Source of the DNA: a virus
Taxonomy: Duplodnaviria; Caudoviricetes
DNA length: 44,007 nt
Direction: 5' to 3' (one strand)
IMG/VR virus record: IMGVR_UViG_3300031519_000048
Location: 1-44,007 of that record
A model generated the notes under the pieces. It had not been told where the DNA came from and did not search any database. It worked only from the letters and a program-made list of their open reading frames with translations. Shown here piece by piece: positions 18,101 to 27,202 of this stretch. How positions within the stretch are numbered: position 1 is the first letter of the stretch; every line of letters begins with the position of its first letter. A program made the position numbers and the translations under genes.

Positions 18101-20265
18101 TGGGCGTTGGACAATATGGCCAAATTACTGCATTTAATGCAGATACAAAGTTAGCAATTATTTCAAGAGAATCTGATGGCTCGTTGGGATTTGATCACTT
18201 CCAACCCGGCTGGCCGGTCGAAGCAATACTCGATGGTACAACTAAGTATGCAATTGAACCTAGGGTAGTTGTTTCGGAACCTGCACTTACTATTGCGTCT
18301 ATAACAGCTCCTAGTACAACAACATGGAAATATATTACACACGGAAATAACTTGTTTGTTGCTGTATCAGCCGGCGGTGGCGGTGATGCATATTCATCGT
18401 CAAGTCTAGATGGAGTTACGTGGACAGCGCCAGTAACACTTGGCGCATATACTATAAGTGGTGTAGTTTTTACAGGATCAAAATATCTTGCTTCTGTAGA
18501 AGCAGACGGTGCATCTAATGCCAGCGTTATTTTATCATCAGACAACGGCGTTACGTGGTCGCCTATAGTTTTACCTGTTAGTGCAGATTGGACCGGTATA
18601 GCAACTGACGGCAATGCTAATGTTATATTAACATCTAGATTAGGTCAAGCAGTGTACTCTAGTAATAACGGTACAACATGGTCTGTTGGAACATTGCCTA
18701 CAACAAATCAACAATGGAGATCCGCAGCATACGGGAACGGTAAATTTGTATTAACTGATAATGCCGAAGGCGCTATAGCCTACAGTATTAATAATGGTGC
18801 TACGTGGACTAAAATGAATGCAAAATTATCAGCATTTAATTGGACAAGCATAACATACGGTAACGGCAGATTTGTTGCAATTGCAGAATCGAGTGTTGAT
18901 TCTACGCAAGGCTTTACTGTTGCAGCATATAGTTTTAACGGAATTACCTGGTACGAATCGACTCTCCAATTTGGTGACTTTACACACGTATCTTATGGAG
19001 CCGGCGTGTTTATTGCTACTGGATTTGGAAATGTTGTGGCAAAATCAGCAGACGGAAAAGTTTGGAGAACATTTAACGAAGATAGTACTATTTTTACAAC
19101 AACTGAGGCAGCAATGTGGGAACAGTCTGTATATGCTAACGGAAAGTGGATACTTACAAACAGTAGCTCATCGCCGTTTAATAGTTTACGTACAGGTGCT
19201 AGACCGATAATACGAGCAAAAGTTGCGTCTTCGAGAATAACTGAATTTGCAATATATGATCCAGGTAGTAATTTTATTAATGATCCTGTAGTTGATATTT
19301 ACGACAGCGCTAATACTATAGAAACTAATTATCTTGTATCAGTTAACGACGGAGTGCTTGCACAACCTGAATTTAGTAATAGAGGGTTAGGATATGTAAC
19401 TATTACAGCTTCGTTCACAGGCGACGGGTTTGCTGACATTTATCAATTAGGAAAGGAATTAGTAGTTAGTAATTTATCAAGAATTCCAGGACCTGGTGAT
19501 AACTTGAACATTGACGGAATCAATGACGAACAATACAGCGTGATTGGTATAGCAAACGTAACAGGTGCTGGGCCCTACGCAGCTACACTTACAATTACAC
19601 CTACTTTAGATAGAGCTGAATCGCCGGAACACAATACTGCTATCGAAATTAGACAACAGTACAGTCAAGTTCGCTTAACTGGACACGATTTCTTAGACAT
19701 TGGAACCGGCGGAACTACTTCTACACGTTATCCTAATTTGTACTTAGAAGGTGAAAGTCCGATCTTTCCGAGACAACCGTTTAACGAAACAGTTGCATCA
19801 AATGGCGGACGAGTATTCTATACATCGACTGACCAAGATGGTAACTTTAGAGTTGGAGAGCTTTTCCAAGTTGAGCAGAATACAGGTATTGTTACAATTA
19901 ACGCAAGTCAGTTTGACTTATCTGGATTAACAGAACTGGCATTAGGTGGAATTCAAGTTGGCGGTAGTGCTGTTGTTATTAGAGAATTTAGTAAAGATCC
20001 AACATTAGGTGCTAACTCTAATAATATTGTTCCTACAGAACGAGCAATTCAAACATATATATCAAGCAGAATTAGTGGCGGCGGCTCTAATGCTAGTACT
20101 AACAGATTAGTTGCTGGTCAAATTGATATCTCTAATACACAGATAACAACTACATCAGGATTTCCAATTAATATTCCATCTAAGGCAAATATAACTGAAG
20201 GGTTTGACGGACATTATCTTGCACTTCAATTTTATTCACATAGTGGATTTGGCGGAACAGAGTAA
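15109..20265 (+). CDS. Large virion protein: 8 Trp-rich CBM5/12-like repeats, beta-helix scaffold and inserted BNR-type beta-propeller
   Basis: W....Y..GD.V.YGG..Y.C...HTS repeats; SSDNGVTW/SNNGTTW Asp-box-like repeats with YGNGKFV; C-terminal half paralogous to ORF 20316. Confidence 0.75.
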   Translation: MADFRLDRIKFRWKSTWTSGSTYTKDDIVSYNGKAFVCLQGHTASENFYTDKYSDGEETFVVTVAVDTLNSKPNGHFYIDGEENPTLTLLQGRTYTFNQSDISNIEFNNEIHPLLLSNLLNGELAGASRYDVNVTYYLDEALVTADTYLIDFTEATTRYVVITVPASSPAQIFYYSPFNENMGGAMNTRYNSQWELMFDGYTWKGAWTISTFYSEGNIVKFKGYLYQCVNSHTSVAVSTIGLPSDILNWKVYATTFNWLNTWQTSSYYDLGDVIRYNGLTYICAIKHTSAATATLGLEANIANWEVVTRSDNWRYNWTPSTRYILDDVVRYGAIQYRCVLGHTSAATEEDGLEVDIGNWETVSSGVDYKTNWISGFRYKSNDIVKYGGSLWIALEGHTSSIGEEDLRADEAFWSIWVPGLEFDGLWQVNVEYQVGDIVLHRGYSYTALQNNAASVPSVNGILQDTGDWELLTTGYNHRGEWDPLIPYYTGDVVRNSGYLYISVADSTGTYPDSNPAIWQILVTGSHWRAEWEDNVEYFLGDIVTYASTAYICISRHASTQSDSRPDLDQELDQADYWTLLIQGSPANQLTNQGDLKVYDTIDTRLAIGSFGQTLTVDSSGIPTWISNSVVTNVYYVSVEGVDNLTAGTQPSSPFRTVKYACDYILEDVLTRTPATVFIKTGFYEEILPISVPTDVALVGDELRSTVISPAPTYEGSDMFYVRNGSGIRNMTLQGLFGSLGAPNDYLTRRPGGGAFVSLDPGEGVDDVNVHITSKSPYIQNVSTFGTGCTGMKIDGALHSAGNKSIVANDFTQIISDGIGYWAEAGGRSELVSVFTYFCHIGYLAESGGILRATNGNNSYGEYGSVAEGFSLIEEPITANANNRSKQAQFSEAITYGTNEQTIIAIAYSNAGREYSSATATFGGSGINAASTFTEFRDGAISKIRVIDPGDSSRAGGLNYTYVVNSAQTGNDGEIYLSQADVGTEALYVGQRLVIITGLGVGQYGQITAFNADTKLAIISRESDGSLGFDHFQPGWPVEAILDGTTKYAIEPRVVVSEPALTIASITAPSTTTWKYITHGNNLFVAVSAGGGGDAYSSSSLDGVTWTAPVTLGAYTISGVVFTGSKYLASVEADGASNASVILSSDNGVTWSPIVLPVSADWTGIATDGNANVILTSRLGQAVYSSNNGTTWSVGTLPTTNQQWRSAAYGNGKFVLTDNAEGAIAYSINNGATWTKMNAKLSAFNWTSITYGNGRFVAIAESSVDSTQGFTVAAYSFNGITWYESTLQFGDFTHVSYGAGVFIATGFGNVVAKSADGKVWRTFNEDSTIFTTTEAAMWEQSVYANGKWILTNSSSSPFNSLRTGARPIIRAKVASSRITEFAIYDPGSNFINDPVVDIYDSANTIETNYLVSVNDGVLAQPEFSNRGLGYVTITASFTGDGFADIYQLGKELVVSNLSRIPGPGDNLNIDGINDEQYSVIGIANVTGAGPYAATLTITPTLDRAESPEHNTAIEIRQQYSQVRLTGHDFLDIGTGGTTSTRYPNLYLEGESPIFPRQPFNETVASNGGRVFYTSTDQDGNFRVGELFQVEQNTGIVTINASQFDLSGLTELALGGIQVGGSAVVIREFSKDPTLGANSNNIVPTERAIQTYISSRISGGGSNASTNRLVAGQIDISNTQITTTSGFPINIPSKANITEGFDGHYLALQFYSHSGFGGTE

Positions 20266-20279
20266 TTTTATGATTACGA

Positions 20280-20286
20280 TAAATAC
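20280..20286 (+). promoter_or_regulatory. Late promoter box
   Basis: GATAAATAC upstream of GAGG/ATG 20316. Confidence 0.6.
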
Positions 20287-20315
20287 TAATAATAACACAG
20301 TGTTGAGGTTTATAA

Positions 20316-23300
20316 ATGGCAGAATTTAAATTAGGTAGAATTAGATTTGTATGGAAAAGCGATTGGGCTTCTTCTACAGTATACTACAAAGATGATATCG
20401 TACGCAACGGCGGTAACACATATGTATGTATTAACGGACATAGTTCTTCATCAGACTTCCCTACAGATGCAGCATCATATTGGAATATTATCAGCGACGG
20501 CCAGGAATGGAAAAGCGATTGGCAACCAGAGACATATTATAAAGTTAATGATATTGTTAAGTATGGTGGCTACCTTTATATTGCTAATGAAGCACATACT
20601 TCAGACACAAACGAAGATCCAGATTATTTTGGATTAGAATCAGATCAAGTTAAGTGGGATTTGTATGCAGAAAGTTTTGACTACAAAGCAGAATGGCAAA
20701 CTGGTATCAAATATAAAATTAACGACATTGCTCGTTATAACAGTACCGTTTATATTTGTATTCAAGAACATATTAGTGCAGACAATGTAACAGACGGTCT
20801 AGAAGTTGATCAAGGCAAATGGAATGTGTTTACAAAAGGCATCGAATGGCGATCAGCATGGGACGTTGATGTTCGCTATAAAGTTAATGATGCAGTTAAA
20901 TACGGCGGAACAATTTATGTTTGTAACCAAGGTCATACTAGTTCTGCAACAGACGAATTAGGTCTTGAAGCAGATCAGGCCAAGTGGGATTATTTCCACA
21001 AAGGTGTTGAATACAAAACTGACTGGGCATTGGCTACTCGCTATAAAGTTAATGATGTAGTTAAATCCGGTGGCGGCTTATGGATATGTGTGCTACATCA
21101 CACAAGTCAAACATATTTGTCAGACGACGAATCAAAATGGGCACAATTTGTTGAAGGCTTAGAATTTGAAGATAGCTGGTTAATTACTACAAGATATCAA
21201 GCTGGTGATGTAGTGACATACGGCGGATATAGCTATGTTGCAATAACAAATAATGTAGGAAAAATTCCTACAAATGAACCTACTGACTGGGATCTATTTA
21301 CTACTGGATTCCGCTTTGTAGGTGAATGGGGCGACGATAGTGCAGATTATAATTATTTTGTAGGTGATGTAGTTAGATTAGGCGGATACTCGTATTTGTG
21401 TATTGCTGATCACGGTGCAGGCGGTGTAGGTTCAGGACAGCGTCCTCCTAACACTACATACTGGGAAAGATTAAACAGCGGTATTTACTGGAAAGACGAA
21501 TGGACCGACGCAGCATTATACGACGCAGGCGATGCAGTCCGATATGGCGACAACAGCTATATTTGTATATTAGCACATACTTCTGATGAAATTACACTAC
21601 AAAATAGACCAGATCAAGACGTTACAGGAATCAACTGGAATATTTTAGCGGCTGGACCAGAAGTCAATGTATTAACTACAGACGGCGACATTGTTTATTA
21701 CGGTGGCGCTGGACCAGCAAGATTACCGGTTGGATTACCGGGTCAATCATTATTAGTTAATTCAACAGGTGATACTCCTGAATGGCGATATTTTGGTGCT
21801 GTAAATAATGTAGTTTACGTATCGGCCGACACAGGCGTTGACGAACCTACACCAAACTACGGAATAACATTGCATCGTCCATTTAAAACAGTTCGCTATG
21901 CTGCTGAACAAGTTTCAAACGGTACATTAAGATATAATGCAAAAAATCTTATTACATTAAACAGAAGTTTTATTCAAGCAGAAGTAGTTGAATGGGTAAA
22001 TTATCAAATTGCAAACCCAACAGGTATATGGGCAGGATTTACTAATTCTGACATCGATAAATGCAGAAGAGACATAGGTCTAATAATTGATGCTATTGTA
22101 TGGGACATAAGCCACGGCGGCAACGCACGTACTCGCCAAGCAGCAGCTTCGTATTTTGAAGCAGGTGTATTAATTGCAGCAATTTCAGATGAAGAAGAAC
22201 AACTAGTTGAAGCACTAAATTACGGAATAGAAGTAATTGATGCAGCACTTAGTAATGTACCACCAGCAGCAAATTATCAAACACTTAATAGTGTTGCTAG
22301 CCCAATTACGCAACAAGTTGATGTGTCTTATAGTGAAGAAACAGATGCACAAGCAACTGTTGAAACATTAATGAGTATTATTACTACTGCATTAACCGCC
22401 GGAGTGGATACCGGCATTCCTGCAGAACGCAAACCACAAAGCAGTATCTTTGTTAAAACAGGAGCATTTCAAGAAATACTTCCTATTATTGTACCAGAGA
22501 ATACAGCAGTTATCGGAGACGAATTACGCTCAACAAGAATATCACCTGCAGGTAGCTTAGTTAATTCTACTGATGTCGAATATAGCTTAGGTACAATTAA
22601 TCGACTAAAAACTATTATTAGTGATATTGTTACTGATCCGAGTAATGTTACCAAAACAACAGGCAACGCATTAAATCCAGTAACAACTCGTCCAGTAGGA
22701 AGTTTAGGTTCTACAGCAGCAGTAACTTCTGTAGTTAATTTAACAACTGAAATGGTTGATATTTTAATTAACGGAGCTAATGCAGCAGACGCACTTGTAT
22801 TCACTGACTCAGGAGTTGCTGCAAAGACAACTGCTAGAACAGAACTACAAGCAGACAGAGCAACTATTATTAGTGATCTTATTGCTTGGATCACAAGCAC
22901 TTATCCTGAATTAGTATATAATCAAGCTAGCTGTGAAAGAGACACTGGATACATTGTTGATGCATTATCATATGATATTCAATACGGCGGCAACAGTGCA
23001 ACACTTACCGCAGCTCGTGCTTATCTAGCAGGCGCAGTTGCAGTATTACCTGCAGGACAAACAACAGAAACAGCAGCAGCTTTAAATCAACTATCGGTTA
23101 TTGTTGCAAGCTATTTGTCAGGAGCAACTGAAGAAACAGAAGCAGACGGTTTATTGCAGATTATTGAAGATGTAGTAACTGCTGAAAGTATAGCAGGTTT
23201 ACCAGCTGAAGTGACTCCGGTTATTTCATGGGCAAGTGCTGCATTACAAGCATCACATGCAGCATTGATTGCAGGAAAAGCAGAAATTCAGTCAGCAGCA

Positions 23301-26300
23301 TTAGGATATGTTACTTCAACCTGGCCAACATTAGAATTTGTAAGAGCAACATGTTCGAGAGACGTTGGTCTAATTGTTGATGCATTAGCATATGATACTG
23401 CATTTGGATCAAACTTTAGATCTATAACAGCAGGATTGGCATACTACAGAGGAACTGCTTCGGCACAAGTTGTGTTAGCAAACCAATTAGATGCAACTGT
23501 AGGTATTATCAAGTTTATTAAAAACAAAGCTAAACTTATTGCTACAGCAGGTGCAGGTGCATTAGCTGAAACATTAATGGATGACATATACACATATATC
23601 GACTATAAAATTAATCCACCAGCAGACTCGACAGTTGGCGAAATACCAATTACTTCTGGATCAATGACACCTAAATCTTCAACTGATTACACATACGGAG
23701 TTGAATCACTCGAAGCAAACAGAGCATTTTTAGTAGCAGAAGCACTTGCATTTATTGCAGATACATATTCAGATACTGCTACAGATACAACTGACACTTC
23801 TAACGTAGTTACAATTACAGATACAGGTTGGTTACAAGTTGGTACTGCTATTGTATTTGGCGGAACAACATTTGGCGGAATTACTGCTGGAACAACTTAC
23901 TATGTTGAATCTATTCCAGACGGAACAACATTTACTGTTTCTGAAATAAGGGGCGGTGCAGCACTAACTCTAACTACAGCATCGGGCTCAATGACAGTTG
24001 ATTTATTTTACAATCAGTCTTCTTGCTCACGTGATGTCGGTACATATATAGATGCAATTAAACATGATTTAATTTATACAGGTAGCTATAAATCATTATT
24101 AGCAGCTCGGTACTATACAAATGCAGTTACTGGATCGCAACTAGAAGACATGTTCTACTTACGCAACGGTACTGGCTTAAGAAACTGCTCAACTAGCGGA
24201 TTGTCAGGCGTATTAAGTAGTGATAATGCCTATGGAACTAAACGTCCAAGTGCAGGATCATTTACGTCACTTGATCCGGGCTGGGGAACTACTCATACTG
24301 ATGTATGGATTACTAATAAATCACCATATGTACAAAACGTAAGTACATTTGGTACTGGCTGCGTTGGTTGTAAGATTGACGGTGCGCTGCATGATGGCGG
24401 CAACGATTCTATTGTTTCAAACGACTTTACACAAATTATATCAGATGGCATCGGCGTATGGTGTACTAACTTAGGTAGAACAGAACTTGTTTCGGTGTTC
24501 TCATACTACGGACACATCGGCTACTTAGCAGAGAATGGTGGTAAGATTCGTGCTACTAACGGTAACAGTTCATACGGTACATTTGGTACAGTTGCTGAAG
24601 GTGTTGATATTACTGAAGTACCGGTAACTGGTACAGTCACTAACCGATCATTCCAGTCAATAGTACAATCAGTATTTACTGATGGTAATAATATTTTAAC
24701 ATTTGAATACTTAAATGCAGGGGTAAACTATACCCCTGAAGCAACAGCAATTACTGTTATAGGTGAAGGCTTTGGTGCAGCTATTAACGCAGTGCAAACC
24801 GTTGACGGCGGCGTATTTGAAGTTAGACTATTAGATCTCGACAGTGACTTTGGTGGCGCAGACTATAGATCATCTAGCTCAGTAGCACAAATTGGTAGTA
24901 ATACTCAAATTACTTTATCAAACACCGATGTAGCACTATCGAGCCAATATATAGGTATGATGGTTTACATTATTGCAGGAGTTGGTGCAGGCCAATACGG
25001 ATATATTGCAGCTTATAATGCAGGTACAAAAATTGCATTAATTGCTAAAGATAGTATTGTTTCAAGCGAAATCACAAGCACAATAGACAGTGGCGATTAT
25101 ATAAACATAGCAGACAATACTATGTTATCATTAAATATGCCAGTATATTTCACTGGAACATCATTTGGTGGCATTAGTGCTAGTACAATATACTATATTA
25201 AAACTTTAGACGATACAACGCAATTTACTATTAGCGCTTCGATAGGCGGCAGCACAATTAACTTAACAGATGCTTCTGGTTTATTAACATTACATGCTGC
25301 TGGTTGGGATCATTTAACTGATGCAGCTATTGAAACTGTACTTGACGGTACAACTACATATGTTACAGAACCAAGAATAACATTTAGTGCACCACCGTCG
25401 GGCCTTTATGCTGATACTGCAAAAGGCAGAGCTGTTATTGCAGACGGACAAATTGCTAGAATCACTATTCATGATCCGGGTAATGGATATGTTACTGCAC
25501 CAACAGTAACAATCACTGATCCAAATAATACTGTAGATGCACCACTTGAAGCACGAATTGGGGATGGGGTATTAACTCAGCCTACGTGGACAACTCGAGG
25601 TAATGCATTTGTTACAGCCCAGGCTACTATAGTAGGTGACGGATATGCTGATTTGTATCAGCCTGGATCGCTTATAAGAGTAGAAGGACTTTCAGCGGCA
25701 CCGCTACCAGGATCTAATATTACGTTTGCATCATTACCGGGACAATATTATAAACTAGTTGCAGTACGAGACTTATTAGGAACAGGACCATATACTGCAC
25801 AATTACAAGTTAGTCCGGATATCCAAGTATCAGATGCACCAGAACATGCTAGTGCATTAGAATTTAGAATTCGTTATAGTCAAGTTCGCTTAACTGGACA
25901 CGATTTCTTAGATATCGGTACTGGAAACTTTACAGATACAAACTATCCTAATATTCCTTTGAATCCACCAGTACCGCTGTCAGAAACAGTTGAACAAGGC
26001 GGTGGACGAGTATTCTATACATCAACTGATCAAGACGGTAACTTTAGAGTTGGAGGATTGTTTAGTGTTGAACAAGCAACTGGTATTGCTACATTGAATG
26101 CTGATGCATTTAATATTAGTGGACTACAAGAACTATCACTTGGTGAATTAGGTCTCGGCGGCACAGGAGCAGTTATTACAGAATTTAGTACAGACGGTAC
26201 TTTTACTGCTAACAGTGATAATATTGTTCCTACACAGAAAGCAATTAGAACTTACATCACATCACAAATTGGTGGCGGTGCAGCAACACTTAACGTAAAC

Positions 26301-26444
26301 ACAATTACAGCAGGTCAAATTGAAATATTAGGCAACCAAATTAGTACTACTACAGGCAATCAAATTAATATGTTACAAAAGGTAAACTTTACAAAGGGTG
26401 TTGACGGTATACCTATTGCAGTAAACTATTTCTTATTAGGTTAA
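20316..26444 (+). CDS. Large virion protein, paralogue of 15109, with four helical C-x-R-D (phycobiliprotein-like) repeats
   Basis: MAEFKLGRIRFVWK vs MADFRLDRIKFRWK; 8 Trp-rich repeats; shared KSPY.QNVSTFGTGC.G.KIDGALH and YSQVRLTGHDFLDIGTG blocks; CRRD, CERD, CSRD and CSRD helical repeats. Confidence 0.75.
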   Translation: MAEFKLGRIRFVWKSDWASSTVYYKDDIVRNGGNTYVCINGHSSSSDFPTDAASYWNIISDGQEWKSDWQPETYYKVNDIVKYGGYLYIANEAHTSDTNEDPDYFGLESDQVKWDLYAESFDYKAEWQTGIKYKINDIARYNSTVYICIQEHISADNVTDGLEVDQGKWNVFTKGIEWRSAWDVDVRYKVNDAVKYGGTIYVCNQGHTSSATDELGLEADQAKWDYFHKGVEYKTDWALATRYKVNDVVKSGGGLWICVLHHTSQTYLSDDESKWAQFVEGLEFEDSWLITTRYQAGDVVTYGGYSYVAITNNVGKIPTNEPTDWDLFTTGFRFVGEWGDDSADYNYFVGDVVRLGGYSYLCIADHGAGGVGSGQRPPNTTYWERLNSGIYWKDEWTDAALYDAGDAVRYGDNSYICILAHTSDEITLQNRPDQDVTGINWNILAAGPEVNVLTTDGDIVYYGGAGPARLPVGLPGQSLLVNSTGDTPEWRYFGAVNNVVYVSADTGVDEPTPNYGITLHRPFKTVRYAAEQVSNGTLRYNAKNLITLNRSFIQAEVVEWVNYQIANPTGIWAGFTNSDIDKCRRDIGLIIDAIVWDISHGGNARTRQAAASYFEAGVLIAAISDEEEQLVEALNYGIEVIDAALSNVPPAANYQTLNSVASPITQQVDVSYSEETDAQATVETLMSIITTALTAGVDTGIPAERKPQSSIFVKTGAFQEILPIIVPENTAVIGDELRSTRISPAGSLVNSTDVEYSLGTINRLKTIISDIVTDPSNVTKTTGNALNPVTTRPVGSLGSTAAVTSVVNLTTEMVDILINGANAADALVFTDSGVAAKTTARTELQADRATIISDLIAWITSTYPELVYNQASCERDTGYIVDALSYDIQYGGNSATLTAARAYLAGAVAVLPAGQTTETAAALNQLSVIVASYLSGATEETEADGLLQIIEDVVTAESIAGLPAEVTPVISWASAALQASHAALIAGKAEIQSAALGYVTSTWPTLEFVRATCSRDVGLIVDALAYDTAFGSNFRSITAGLAYYRGTASAQVVLANQLDATVGIIKFIKNKAKLIATAGAGALAETLMDDIYTYIDYKINPPADSTVGEIPITSGSMTPKSSTDYTYGVESLEANRAFLVAEALAFIADTYSDTATDTTDTSNVVTITDTGWLQVGTAIVFGGTTFGGITAGTTYYVESIPDGTTFTVSEIRGGAALTLTTASGSMTVDLFYNQSSCSRDVGTYIDAIKHDLIYTGSYKSLLAARYYTNAVTGSQLEDMFYLRNGTGLRNCSTSGLSGVLSSDNAYGTKRPSAGSFTSLDPGWGTTHTDVWITNKSPYVQNVSTFGTGCVGCKIDGALHDGGNDSIVSNDFTQIISDGIGVWCTNLGRTELVSVFSYYGHIGYLAENGGKIRATNGNSSYGTFGTVAEGVDITEVPVTGTVTNRSFQSIVQSVFTDGNNILTFEYLNAGVNYTPEATAITVIGEGFGAAINAVQTVDGGVFEVRLLDLDSDFGGADYRSSSSVAQIGSNTQITLSNTDVALSSQYIGMMVYIIAGVGAGQYGYIAAYNAGTKIALIAKDSIVSSEITSTIDSGDYINIADNTMLSLNMPVYFTGTSFGGISASTIYYIKTLDDTTQFTISASIGGSTINLTDASGLLTLHAAGWDHLTDAAIETVLDGTTTYVTEPRITFSAPPSGLYADTAKGRAVIADGQIARITIHDPGNGYVTAPTVTITDPNNTVDAPLEARIGDGVLTQPTWTTRGNAFVTAQATIVGDGYADLYQPGSLIRVEGLSAAPLPGSNITFASLPGQYYKLVAVRDLLGTGPYTAQLQVSPDIQVSDAPEHASALEFRIRYSQVRLTGHDFLDIGTGNFTDTNYPNIPLNPPVPLSETVEQGGGRVFYTSTDQDGNFRVGGLFSVEQATGIATLNADAFNISGLQELSLGELGLGGTGAVITEFSTDGTFTANSDNIVPTQKAIRTYITSQIGGGAATLNVNTITAGQIEILGNQISTTTGNQINMLQKVNFTKGVDGIPIAVNYFLLG

Positions 26445-26464
26445 TGCAATTAGGTCAAACAAGA

Positions 26465-26470
26465 TAAATA
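26465..26470 (+). promoter_or_regulatory. Late promoter box
   Basis: GATAAATA upstream of GGAG/ATG 26519. Confidence 0.55.
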
Positions 26471-26518
26471 ACACTATAATGTAATAAAGTACAACCAAAG
26501 TACAACGGAGAACAAAAA

Positions 26519-26839
26519 ATGGCATCAGGAAAATTAGGTGTTGCAGAATTAGTCGCAGCTACAGATACTACTGTGTATACTTGTCCGGCAGATATTTTTG
26601 CAATAACAAGTATTTCAGTATGCAACCGTGGCAACTCGGCAGTAGCTATTAGAATTGCAATTGCATCAGCAGACGCTCCATTAGATTCAGAATACATCGA
26701 ATACGATGTTGAAGTAATGGGCAAAGGTGTTATCGAGCGAACAGGTCTAATATTAGACGCTGATAAACGACTTGTAGTTTATTCTTCAGCCGAAAATGTA
26801 AGTGCAGTTGCATTTGGAATCGAAACTGCAATAGCATAA
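26519..26839 (+). CDS. Small beta-sandwich virion adaptor protein
   Basis: ISVCNR...YIEYD...ERTGLIL pattern; similar to 6264 and 14366. Confidence 0.6.
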   Translation: MASGKLGVAELVAATDTTVYTCPADIFAITSISVCNRGNSAVAIRIAIASADAPLDSEYIEYDVEVMGKGVIERTGLILDADKRLVVYSSAENVSAVAFGIETAIA

Positions 26840-26864
26840 ATACAAAGACAAAGGAATTACCAAA

Positions 26865-27197
26865 ATGGGAAGATATATTTCAACTACAGGAACAGCAAGC
26901 ACAGTATTACGAGAAGTAAACAGTGCGTATAATGCAGTTGTAAACGACAGGATCCTTGCTGATTGTAGCGGAACTGCATTTACAATTACAATGCCAGTGA
27001 GTACGCAGCTACTAGTTAACGATGTAATACAAATTATTGATATTACAGGAAGCTCAACTACAAATAATATTACTATAGCACGTAACGGTGCTAAGATACA
27101 AAATTTATCAGAAGACCTAACAATAAACGTTGATAATGCATCTGTTACGCTAATGTATAGTGGCGTAACATATGGGTGGATCATTATAGGAAGTTAA
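26865..27197 (+). CDS. Tail-fibre-associated single-domain protein (T4 gp34-like repeat unit)
   Basis: D.SG.AFTIT.P...D.IQIID..G...NNITIARNG.KI...EDL...VTL.Y....GW; TAAATAC at 26837 and AAGGA SD. Confidence 0.6.
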   Translation: MGRYISTTGTASTVLREVNSAYNAVVNDRILADCSGTAFTITMPVSTQLLVNDVIQIIDITGSSTTNNITIARNGAKIQNLSEDLTINVDNASVTLMYSGVTYGWIIIGS

Positions 27198-27202
27198 TAA
27201 TT

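Noticed and set aside
27176-27202. Listed upstream start for Cys-rich paralogue 1
   Set aside because: It overlaps the previous gene; ATG 27203 gives the M..LRSLL start shared with both paralogues.
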